64,000 nucleotides of DNA, taken from Phoronis australis. Taxonomy: Eukaryota > Animalia > Phoronida. Made by a program: the position numbers and the translations under genes. Below the pieces are notes generated by a model. It worked only from the letters and a program-made list of their open reading frames with translations, searched no databases and was not told the origin of the DNA. The stretch spans positions 1,158,335 to 1,222,334 of the forward strand of contig NMRA01000039.1 of assembly GCA_002633005.1 (NCBI GenBank), in the 5' to 3' direction. Shown here in pieces: positions 41,001 to 51,182 of the stretch (its first letter is position 1; each line of letters begins with the position of its first letter).

Positions 41001-44000
41001 TAATCTTTTACTGATAAGTGACTGCCCAAAGAGTAGGTGTCCTTTTGACATGAAATTTGTCTGTTTCAAAGTGTGACTTTGGTTTCTGTTCGTAAGTCAT
41101 TAGTGGTCTTTTCAAGGTTGCAAAAATGACCTTTAATCTTGGTCTGGGGTAGAACTGCGAATATTCAATACAGCCATGTTCTCCCCAATATTTGACAATG
41201 TTATACAGCATGGTGTTATTTCAAATTAACTCTTTATCGTGGAGTTGAATATTTCACAAAACACGTTGGCACATGTTTTCTTCGACTCACCCAATATAGA
41301 TGTGGTGACCTCCGCATGTCGACTATGAATGAATTTGTCAATTGGGTTGTGTCAAAACGAATTTTGCTCAACCACTTTGCCCCAGATCTTCCAAAATGTA
41401 AAGGAGTTTATCCACAACTGGATGCTGGGTTATCATTTTTGCCAGAGGCACTGAAAATTGGGAATTTTTGTGAAATGTTCATGTCCGTGACAAAATTTTA
41501 TTGATAATTATCTGTTACACTATTAAGGTTGAGGCACTCGCTATTCACTAGGTGGCGCTAGGGAAACAGTGGTCCTGCCTATAGAAATGTTTATACTCTG
41601 ACCACGTTGGATCCTGACTCCAGGAATGCCCCCGTGCTGGAGAACAGGTTTATGTGCATGGTCTATTTAGATGATAAAAAGTAAAGCCCTCTCTTCCTTA
41701 GCCCCACCTAGTGAATGCGGAGTCACCCAATAGACCTGACCTGGCTTTTGTGTCTATAGTCACCAGCTAAATGCTTCTAATCGCACTCCTTGTCATGGCT
41801 TTGCATGTTGCTTTAACCTTTACCGTTCTGCATTTGCTTGTTGTCGTTGTTAACTCGCACTCGCCAGGACTCCAAACTACTCACGGACACATCCCACCTG
41901 GTGGCGACACCACGCACTAACCGCTCTGCGAGCACGGCGTGCCCGACACCACGCTCCCCCATCATCCAGACCAACGCTGACCTGGAAATCCCTGGTCAGA
42001 GCCCACGTCAGCCGGTGGTAAAGAAGCGTTTGTGTGTTTGTGTTTGTGTGAGTGTGTGTCATGTGTTTGTGAGTCCTTGCCTGCGTGACTTGGAGGTGTT
42101 ACCTTCACCAGTTTGAAATTAGTAGGGTATCCTGCAATGTTGTTTATTCAGTCGCCTTTTTTCACGAGGCAACGTGTGTGACCATTTATCGTGACATTCA
42201 AAAGTTTCTAACTAGGGACCAATTATTGCTTAAAGCTAAGACTTCCTGGCTAACACAACATAAGTGAGTTTATTATGACATAATGGTTCTGCTTTTGCAG
42301 TTATGTGTTTTCCTCACCCCACCCTGTGTCGTGTCATTGTGTGTACGTGTCTTTGCTTTTTGCCTTACTACTGTTTCTTAATAGGCACAATTGCCTCCTG
42401 TGTACACAATCGCGACATAACTCTACTACAACCGTTTGGTATTGAGGATTGCTGTTCTTATTTATCGCCCCATTGTTTGGCTGTTGTCAACTTATGTTTT
42501 TGTCTTGCTCCTACGAGTCATTGCAGAGCGTTTGTAGCAGTGGTGCCTCAGACTTATGTCTTGAACATGCACTGTGCTAAATTTTTCATTTGGGAAAACG
42601 GTCATCATCGCCTCTGTCACCTTCTCGTGGCTGTTGATTTTAGCTGATTTCAACTACCTTGTTCAGATGAACACTGTACTGTTTTCTGCTTAGGGACTTT
42701 CTAAGCTAGCCATGGATACTGGAAAATCAAAAGATTTTTTTTGTTGAATTATGAGACATCAGTTGATGAGCTGTAAAGGATACAGTGGAATGACAACTGA
42801 AAACAAATGCATTTTCAGGAGAGATTTATGTTTTGTTGTTTGTATTGCAAAAGAGTTAGCTTTACTTTAGACACCAAGTTAAGTATTGTTTTTGAATGGA
42901 ACAGCTTCAGTGAATGTAGTATTCAAAGCCTATGTTGAATGGTAACACCTGTAAATTTGGTTCCTGCAGCATCGCTCTAAGCCCACCAGTGCCATAGATT
43001 ACCAAATGTTAGAAACTGTTAGGCTTATTGGCTACCTTTTGTCTATGTCACTACGAAAACCACATTTTAAGTCTCATAGCTGTGAATAACACCCACACAC
43101 ACAATCTTGTTCTATTCAGACCGCTATCTAGTGCAACTGTCATTGATTTTTGTTGTTTGTGCTGGGATCTCGCGGTGACACAATACAGCACAAAAAAGGC
43201 AACTTCACCTATCATTTGACGGGCCTACATTTGACTGATTTAACTCGCTTTTTCCTAATTTGCTGAGGCTTTCCTCGCACTATCTGGTTAGCCCAATACA
43301 TCTAAACTAACAAAATTTCGTTGAAGTTAGGCTTTAAATTAATGGTTAAGTATTAAGTTCTCTCATAAGAGTACACGTGACATGAATCCTCTTAACCCTT
43401 TCAACACCGCAGACCGCTTACGCGGTCTCTGAAACTTAGCTCCATTCAACACCGTGGACCGCTTTATCGGTCTCACGATATGCCGAACTTCCAAGCAAAA
43501 GAATATTTGATTGGTTGGTTAGGGGAATTCTTTTGTGTATGTCACAAATTTAAATATAGCCTTACCTTCATTTCTAACAGCTTTTCTGATTCGTTGCTGA
43601 GATGTAACGTGAGTTATTGAAGGGGTTTTCCAAGAATTTAGATCGATGACTCGCGAAAACAAAATGTGGGCCGACGGCGATTCAGACGTAGACTTTTCAA
43701 ATGACGAAATTGGCAATAATTTGTATGCTTTTTACTTAATTAATATACAAGATTACCCAAAAGGAATTCTTACATATCTGGCCAGATTTTGTTGACTATT
43801 ACGATAAAGAAGTTGAATTACATGGCTTTGAACCGGAAGAAAATTTTACAGGTCGCGAATTTCGCAATTGGGTCAAACAAACGCCGTTGAACTCCGACAA
43901 CTTCGCAAATTTTCTTAACATGTGTAGTCTTCTAGAGTGTACAATGGTTCTGATAAGCAAGTTGAGTACTTTAGAAATTTCTATATTGATGAAATATTCA

Positions 44001-47000
44001 GTGAAATTGTCATAGTAATTAATTTGAACGCCCAAACGAAGCACGAGTCACAACCGGAAGTGGACAAATTTGTTCTTTAAACGATACATTGAATTGGCAA
44101 ATTGGCAAACAAACACCGGCATTTCAGGTGTTACTTACCTGCATCACGTGAGAGAGTGAGATTTTTTAATTTTGGTGTTCTCTACATTTTGGTGTATCAC
44201 ACTTTGAAAATCAATGATAAATGGATTGTCTATGGAATTTTGAAAACAAGCACCTCAGTTCAGCCCATGTGTGCTAAGTTACTTGGGGTTCAGGGACACA
44301 ATGGCCGACAGTTACTTGGAGTTGAAAGAGTTAAGTGTTTTGATCTCCGTCAGCTAGCAACAGGGTTCTCATTGTTGCTATGGAAATAGTGTTTAGTGAA
44401 GACAGTGCAGTAATGATGTTCATCAAAGTGTTAAGAACGGCTGTTTTTTGTTCTTGATTACGTCCTATTTGTGACTTAACACTCCCTTCATGTGTTGTCA
44501 CATAAATCAAGAGGGTAAATTTAATGTGTCATCTGTGTTGAAAGTTTAGCCAGATGCAGCCCGTTAAACCCTAGTGCTACCTGCTGGTGTTGTGGGTATT
44601 TTGCCCAGCTTTTGGACTCTCTTGCCAATTTTCACTTCATTTGCTTGCAATTCATCTATTAAAACTTCCTTTCAATTGGTTATACAGTTGTTCTAATCTG
44701 TGACACGCAATCGTTTCGTAAACTCTATCTTTGATTGGCAAATGATTAAAAGAAGTCATTCGGTAAAACTAAACTTTGATTGGCCACAGACGATTCAACC
44801 AGTAATTCTCATTTTTGATTGGCTGCAGGTGAGTGGCCACATAAAATATCGCTCACTTCCTGAAATACTACAGTGCTCACTCTATTTATGCGATATTTAC
44901 CCACAATGCTGTGCATTCGTCGGGCTTTGGGCCTTGAACACTCTTGCCGTGCTGATAACTATTTTGCATTGAGATTAGTTTGCCATTTGTCATTCCTATG
45001 CAAATAAAGTTGTAAAAAATTGAAAAGCTGAATTAGATACAATAAAACATTCTTATCTCGTCCAACTCGGCCCACAAGTGTGTTCATGGATTTGCACTAG
45101 GAAAACTAGGTCTATCACATAACGGATTTTTCTACCTCTAAAAGAAGAGGTGATTTCAAGAATTCATCCAGTGAAACTCATTTTTTGATTATTCAAGTAC
45201 AAGTTGGCCCTGAATGTGGCGCTCAACAGTTTTTTTTTCTGATTTTGGGCTTGAAAACCAGGTCATGTCAACTCCAACAGTCTATACCACAGGATGTTCA
45301 AAACCGGAAAGTATGAACTGTATATCGGGCCAAAGAAAACCTTGCACAATGTCTATTGAAAGTGTTTCCAAAGTCAAACTTTCCATCTTTTACAACTGTC
45401 GGAAGTGCAGCTGGTTACTTGAAAAACGAGCAAAAATATGCCGAATCGGCTCAAAGAAGCTATTGAGTGCCACCTATGTATGTCATTCAGCAGATTCCAT
45501 CTTTGATTGGCCGTGTACTATTCATCCATTTAAGGTCACCTTCGGTTGTCCACATATAATTTGTCCAGTTAATCTCCTCTATGATTGGCAGTTTACAGTG
45601 CACTCCATTCAATAAAATTTGTTCTTGAATAACCACTTATGAGCAATTTCAGTTAACTTTGTTGCCGGTTTTCACTTTCGAGAAGCAATTCACTTTGACA
45701 CTTATTCTCATGTCGATGTTGTGTGGAAAATTTTCAGGCTATAGTTGCTTACAGATGGGACCTGGATTTTGAGAAGTAGTTTCTTTGTCTGAACATCTGG
45801 AATTAAACTGCTGGTGAAAATCCTGGACCTTTTAGTGACCAGTGCCAAGATTCAGCTTCTTCAAGTTGATACAAAAATAATTGCCAAAACTATTCTTTTT
45901 CGAATTTTGTTACGTCGTTGCTGTAAGTCCTCAAAATGTCATGAAGCATGTTTGAGTTAATAGCTCAAAACCCGTTGGTAATAGTGACACAAAAGTTTCC
46001 ATTAGTAACCGCAATTCTTCCCTTGGTTAGCACACGAGATGGACGACAAGTGAAATTCTATTTCCTTCAATTTCCTCTCAAAAATAAAGATTTGCAACGT
46101 TCTATTCTGTTGCCAGCATAGTTTGCACTATGTGGCTATCATAAAACACCTTTTGGTGGAAGTTTCCATTATTTGTAGTAAAGTAGTCAGCCTTTAAAAA
46201 TGGAAAAATGACAAATTTTGGCGGTTATCTTCGTGTAAAATAAGGGGAGAATCGGGGCAACTTATTTTTGTTGAGAAATCTGTGGAAGTAGAATTTGTCT
46301 TATTTTTTCCATCGTAGTGTTCTAAATTGAAAAAACTATTCCACGAAGATAAAGTCGAACGTAGAACATAATGATGACGGGTTAATTCAGTTTGGGTACA
46401 GTTTGACCCGGTAACACTGATGACGTGTGTTTTATTCTCAAAACTTTTCCCCCTGTGGAACTGGTTAGCTGGTAACCATCGTATGTCCTATTTTTCAGAC
46501 GGAGAACACGCCCCCGTACGAAGTAGTGCCTTCCATGCGTCCGGTGGTTCTGATTGGTCCTTCACTGAAAGGTTACGAGGTCACCGATATGATGCAAAAA
46601 GCCCTGTTCGACTATCTGAAACATCGCTTCGAAGGAAAGTGAGTACGAGTCATATTTTTGTCGCTTAAGGTCCGGTCGCACTTAGCAATTTGTCTTCAAT
46701 GCGGCTGCGGCTAGTTGCTGCAATTTTATCATGTACGCTTAGCGATTGCCTGCATCTCGTCTGTAACATGCAAGTCACAGTGACATGCAAGTCACAGTGA
46801 CATGCAAGTCACAGTGACGTGCAAGTCACAGTGACGTGCAAGTCACAGTGACGTGCAAGTCACAGTGACGTGCAAGTCACAGTGACGTGCAAGTCACAGT
46901 GACGTGCAAGTCACAGTGACGTGCAAGTCACAGTGACGTGCAAGTCACAGTGACGTGCATGTCACAGTGACATGCATGTCACAGTGACAATCGACGGCTA

Positions 47001-49313
47001 AGCAGTGAATCTGCATATACAATGAAGTGTCCACACTTAGCGAGGAGTCGACAGTTGCGTTGCTGACAATTCGGACTGGCCTTAAAATAATTTGGATAGG
47101 TTTCACGCTGTAAAAATATGAAAATGCTGGCGTCTTTGTAAAGCAGCTTTGGTTTTCGCCGTGGCGCATCTATAATGTTGAATTGAGGCTGGGTAAATTA
47201 CGTGCACAGTACAAGCTTTACTTGATAAAAATATCTCTTTTGGCATAATATTTGTCCATAATTATATTCATCTTGTAATATTCCTTGTCGTAATAGGATT
47301 CTATTCTTGGTACCAAGTAGCACATTGAAAATATCAGCAACTCATAGAAAACACTTCAAACAGCTTATTATTTTAAATGTCATTTAATAGGAGTAAGTAA
47401 TGATTCTAAATAAGAAGCCGTTTTCTTAGTTTATTAGGGTTAGCCAACTCTTATATTGATAATTTGAAATTGACATATGTACACATTACCTGTAACTTGT
47501 GTTGGTAACGGAAATATAATCCTATCACAGTAAGGACTATTATGAGGCTGACTTTGTGGGAGCAAAAAGACCGATTCGATTTTCATGTCTTATCCAGTTA
47601 AACAGGGCAAAATGCTCAACTGTTGAATGGCATGTCATCATTTACATCTCGGGGCAACTGTACAACAAAATGTCATCATTTTTTACTCTTACTGTGGTCA
47701 AGTATGTGTCATCGTTTATGCTCATCCTTTTCAGAATCACAATTACTAGAGTAACAGCAGACATTTCGCTAGCCAAACGGTCTCTGCTGAATAACCCAAA
47801 CAAGTTGGCCATTATTGAGCGCTCCAACAGTCGGTCTTCTGGAATAGGTAGTGTATTCAGCAACTCATACTCTTTACTGACATGTGGTTTTAATTGGCAG
47901 GTAACGGTGGACAGATGGTAACAAATTATTTTTAATTGCTTCTTGGGAGGGCTTGTTTGAAGTCACCATATTCCAGGGCATCATTACCTGCATTCGTTCA
48001 TATGGCAGAATTCACATATTTCAGTTGTAAATAGAAATTCTACTTTTTAAACGAATATTATAAATATAATCTTTAAATTCCGCTTCCGCACAAGTGACAA
48101 TTGTCTTGCCACCAACACGTGTAAGTGGTTGTACATTCTTCCCGAAGGTGTCGCTGATCTTTTTATGGTTTCTGCTTCAAATACATGGCATGTAGTAAAC
48201 TGAAATAGTGTTGTCGACCAGGTGTCGCCAACTATTTTACAGTAAAACAGAATTTGCTAATTCATTAAATTGACTAGACTTGTAAAAACGAACACAATTA
48301 TCCTGTTGATGACTTCTTGGGTTACTTTTGTAAGTGGCATATTGTTGTCTGACCTGTCTTATGTTGTTTTGCTCACAGCCATTGTGCAAGCAGAGATCGA
48401 GAGGATATTCGAACTTGCCCGGAGCCTCCAATTGGTCGTTCTAGACTGTGATACCATCAACCATCCATCGCAACTAGCCAAAACCTCACTAGCACCCATC
48501 CTCGTCTATGTGAAGATATCAGCACCAAAGGTAGGGTCAAAGGTCACCGGTTCACTAGGGATTGTCACAGTGCACTTGGCTTACTCGCACTAGATGGAGT
48601 TCGCATGTGTGTGACATTCAGTGTAGGTCCTGAGGTTCTACTAGATATGTTAACACATTGACCATTTCTGATAAACACTTGTTGCATCGCGTTCCCAACA
48701 GTAAGCAGAGATATAGCAACAAGTATATGTCACCCGCACCTACTGGCAATCTTGAGGGGACTTCAAGCAGCTAGACACCTGCGTTCCCTCAGAGAAGTGA
48801 ATGTTTCATTAAGACCATTTACTGCTGCAATATTTGTCTCCATGTGTTCCTGCGATCACAGTTGATTTATGGGTTTGCAAGGAATGGACAGTTTATTGTT
48901 CAGGTCATGGTTGGTCGGCACCTAAAATAAGCCGCCGTGGCAAGCCAGCTTATAGAGCCTGGACGTTAGCGATGGCAAAGTGTCAGTTCCTTTAAAGCCG
49001 TGAAATCACTTGTAATTTGGTTTGCATAATGTGAAATTTGAGACTAATATTATGACAGTGAGTGGTCTATGTCAAAAATTGTGTTTTGTAATGGAAGGCT
49101 GGTTTATAGCCACTTTGAGTGGTGTTGTTTATTTAATGCTTTTTAACATGGGGCTAGAAATGATTCCATGGCCATGGCTCTAAGATTTTTGCTGCTGGTC
49201 TGGTGTTTGCTGGTGCGAGACTGGCGTTTAGGGAATCGTAGCTGAAATTTGGAGGTGTGGTCATGGTACTGTTTCTTGTTTCCACCCCCTGAACGTGACA
49301 TTGTCAAGATGTG

Positions 49314-49354
<41 letters not shown>

Positions 49355-51182
49355 ATGTGCGTTTGTTTGTGCGCGCGTGTGTGTGATAAAACCTGTGGTA
49401 CTTTGACAGTGTTTCATCTTGGTACTACTCAACAGGTCCTGCAGAGATTAATCAAGTCGCGTGGCAAGTCTCAGGCGCGCAACATGAACGTGCAGCTGGT
49501 GGCGGCCGAGAAACTGGCACAATGTGGCCAGGTGGGCGTAAGTACAATACGTGGCACCCTCTTCACTTCTAGTGCATGAACACTTTCAATTGAACGTTCA
49601 GTGGTTTTCTGATTTCTTTGGGAATAAATCCTCTCAATGTCCAATCGTTTTTTCCTGCGTTTGTATGCAATCCTACTGGGTCCCGCTTTGGAAATGTGAT
49701 TTGTGGGGAACGTCGAATTTAGGAGGCCATGTGGCCATGTTGATAAGTGCCCGCTTTCTTTACTCGAGGTCTTGGGTTCGAGTCCCAGCAGGTCACACTG
49801 CTAAACCCTTGAGCCAGGTTTCTAGCTCCTCAGCTCGGTTTTAACCATATATTAATAAAGCATAAATGTATTTCCAGGTGATCAGTGCAATGGGCCCACA
49901 TGCAAGGCCTGCACACGTCTGGTACTACGTGTATCAGACCGCCTGCAATTATTTTTTTATACATATAACGTCAAATTTTTTACCCATTTTGATAAACAAT
50001 TTTGCTGTCTTGTGTGTGGCCCGTTTGTCATCTGAAAGCACCTAGTTCTGAAAAATCTTTGTGTTTATTCACGAAGTACTAATTGACACTGGCAGGAACT
50101 TGATGCTGATAATTAATCCATGCAACGAGTTTGAAGTAGTGAAAAAATTCAACAAAGCATGAAATGGATGTCTTTGACAAATAAATGTAGAACTTTCACA
50201 GCACCACATGTTGGTTGAGCACCAAATTAGTGCTTCTTCATTTTCTAGTTCTGCACGTTTGTTGCCATTATAGAGTATTTTGAAAAGCTGAAGGTATTCA
50301 CAATAATGTTCAATCCCATGGAAGTGAAAAGGGGGAAATTTTTGTAAATATTTGTTGGAAATTGTGTGAGATCTTATTGTAATGGATATCTTTGATCTTG
50401 GTCATTCTGAAATGTGAGTGTATAGTCTATCTGTCGTGTAGCAGCTCCCTGTTCGCTACTGACACCTGGTGGTCTTGTTGTTGCAGGATATGTTTGATGT
50501 TCAGCTGGACGAGAACCAACTGGAGGACGCATGTGAACACCTGGCAGAGTTCCTGGAGGCCTATTGGAGGGCCACTCACCCACCTAGTGCTAACCCGCTG
50601 ACGCCCAAGCGCACGCCCAACTCACTGCTGCACAGGGTCAACGTGGGCCCCAGTACGCCGCTGTCTAGAACGCTGACAGCGCCACCGTCACCGCGTGGCC
50701 GCTCGGCACGCGGTGGCGGTGCAGATCACGCGGACAATAGGCACCCTCGCTTGCAGAGGAATAATGATTACTATGACAGTCTAGACTCCCCGCACGGCTA
50801 CGACAGGGACTATGGGGAACGCGGCGGGGGCGGGGCTTACCCGCCTCGTGCTGACAGGGGTCGTTACGAGGATAGTGAACGTGATATTAGGACACACGAT
50901 TTTGACCGGCCATCGCGGTCTCGTTATCAGGAGGACGACGGAGATTATTACAGGGACTATGAACGTGATGCGCGCCGATACGACTATGATAGTGAGCACG
51001 ACGTGCAGCGGGCACGTGACTTTGACCCGCGCCGCGACCCGCGCCACCACGACGGCGCGGGTCGCCGCGAGCACGTGGAGATGCGCGAGCGCGGGGAGAC
51101 ACGTGGTGGCGCAGACAGGCACTACAACTCACCTGGCCGTAGCCCCCGCTATCCCCCACGTCAAGACAGTATTGCTGTCTAG
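31921..51182 (+). CDS. CACNB: Voltage-gated calcium channel beta subunit (Cav-beta), spliced core CDS: join(31921-32037,33406-33528,34236-34369,37696-37781,39434-39564,46499-46638,47735-47847,48379-48530,49436-49531,50487-51182); N-terminal exon(s) lie upstream
   Basis: Manual splicing gives one uninterrupted frame of 1788 nt with AG/GT at every junction and matching phases. It contains Cav-beta hallmarks [105 protein letters not shown] and [24 protein letters not shown]. Confidence 0.97.
33406..33528 (+). CDS. CACNB: Cav-beta core exon B, SH3 part 1 ([16 protein letters not shown]...[11 protein letters not shown])
   Basis: ttttgtag| acceptor, |gtaatg donor, 123 nt, phase 0-0. Confidence 0.96.
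34236..34369 (+). CDS. CACNB: Cav-beta core exon C, SH3 part 2 ([34 protein letters not shown]...)
   Basis: ttgcag| acceptor, |gtaggt donor, 134 nt, phase 0-2. Confidence 0.96.
36644..36902. repeat. 51-bp minisatellite x5 with alternating unit variants
   Basis: Unit ctgtcattgggttgtagtg(g/c)tttgtcaggtttaactggtg(a/c)ttca(cacaca/ttacga), ordered A-B-A-B-A. Confidence 0.95.
37496..37643. repeat. 18-bp minisatellite x8 (GCCTTCCATCTACCATTA)
   Basis: Direct inspection; ends ~52 nt upstream of the exon D acceptor. Confidence 0.95.
37696..37781 (+). CDS. CACNB: Cav-beta core exon D, HOOK ([29 protein letters not shown])
   Basis: tttttccag| acceptor, |gtgagt donor, 86 nt, phase 2-1; Ser-rich STPP motif typical of the HOOK start. 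Confidence 0.92.
37908..38157. mobile_element. MITE family A copy
   Basis: ctgtaaaatttcaccaattt ... gacaagtgaaatttt ... aaattagtgagattttaccgta (inverted termini). Confidence 0.78.
39434..39564 (+). CDS. CACNB: Cav-beta core exon E, long HOOK exon ([18 protein letters not shown]...[13 protein letters not shown])
   Basis: tgtgcag| acceptor, |gtgagc donor, 131 nt, phase 1-0; ends in the EKRxPFFKK-type motif of the long HOOK isoform. Confidence 0.93.
40499..40750. mobile_element. MITE family A copy, opposite orientation
   Basis: cgtaaaatctcaccattt ... aaatttcacttg ... aacttggtgagatttcc. Confidence 0.7.
41868..42017 (+). CDS. CACNB: Candidate optional HOOK cassette exon ([50 protein letters not shown])
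   Basis: GC-rich island in an AT-rich intron. Pyrimidine-rich tract, ttaac branch-like site and cgccag| acceptor; |gtaaag donor. 150 nt, phase 0-0, no stop, in frame between exons E and F. Confidence 0.6.
43392..44334. mobile_element. Non-autonomous piggyBac-like element with TTAA target duplication
   Basis: TTAA-CCCTTTCAACACC ... GGAGTTGAAAGAG-TTAA (imperfect TIR, 15/17 including TTAA); subterminal repeats at both ends; no transposase ORF. Confidence 0.8.
46499..46638 (+). CDS. CACNB: Cav-beta core exon F, SH3 fifth strand and start of GK domain ([46 protein letters not shown])
   Basis: tttttcag| acceptor, |gtgagt donor, 140 nt, phase 0-2. Confidence 0.97.
46766..46989. repeat. 17-bp near-palindromic minisatellite x13 (AC[A/G]TGCA[A/T]GTCACAGTG)
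   Basis: Direct inspection; GTCAC-A-GTGAC dyad in every unit. Confidence 0.97.
47735..47847 (+). CDS. CACNB: Cav-beta core exon G, GK domain ([37 protein letters not shown])
   Basis: ccttttcag| acceptor, |gtagtg donor, 113 nt, phase 2-1. Confidence 0.96.
48379..48530 (+). CDS. CACNB: Cav-beta core exon H, GK domain ([50 protein letters not shown])
   Basis: ctcacag| acceptor, |gtaggg donor, 152 nt, phase 1-0. Confidence 0.97.
49310..49385. repeat. (TG)n microsatellite upstream of exon I
   Basis: Direct inspection. Confidence 0.95.
49436..49531 (+). CDS. CACNB: Cav-beta core exon I, GK domain ([32 protein letters not shown])
   Basis: caacag| acceptor, |gtgggc donor, 96 nt, phase 0-0. Confidence 0.97.
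49722..49880 (+). mobile_element. tRNA-derived SINE fragment
   Basis: Degenerate A box (tggccatgttg), B box GGTTCGAGTCC at 49775-49785, then a cccttgagc segment like SINE central domains; no full cloverleaf. The 3' boundary is approximate. Confidence 0.65.
50487..51182 (+). CDS. CACNB: Cav-beta terminal coding exon: end of GK domain plus R/D/Y-rich disordered C-tail ending PPRQDSIAV*
   Basis: ttgttgcag| acceptor, [33 protein letters not shown], open to TAG at 51180-51182. Confidence 0.95.
   Translation, partial: DMFDVQLDENQLEDACEHLAEFLEAYWRATHPPSANPLTPKRTPNSLLHRVNVGPSTPLSRTLTAPPSPRGRSARGGGADHADNRHPRLQRNNDYYDSLDSPHGYDRDYGERGGGGAYPPRADRGRYEDSERDIRTHDFDRPSRSRYQEDDGDYYRDYERDARRYDYDSEHDVQRARDFDPRRDPRHHDGAGRREHVEMRERGETRGGADRHYNSPGRSPRYPPRQDSIAV

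Noticed and set aside
40554-41069. 171-aa - strand ORF
   Set aside because: TTG start, no recognisable motif, and it overlaps a MITE family A copy.
37782-46498. Vertebrate-type short HOOK microexon (AKQKQK-like, mutually exclusive with the long exon)
   Set aside because: I found no matching AG/GT-bounded phase 1-0 microexon by eye; a diverged one cannot be excluded.
16003-46989. Tandem arrays (26, 33, 51, 18 and 17 bp) as CRISPR arrays
   Set aside because: Units are head-to-tail without unique spacers, there are no cas genes, and the context is eukaryotic introns.
49722-49800. Functional tRNA gene
   Set aside because: The B box is good, but acceptor and anticodon stems do not pair and it runs into SINE-like sequence.
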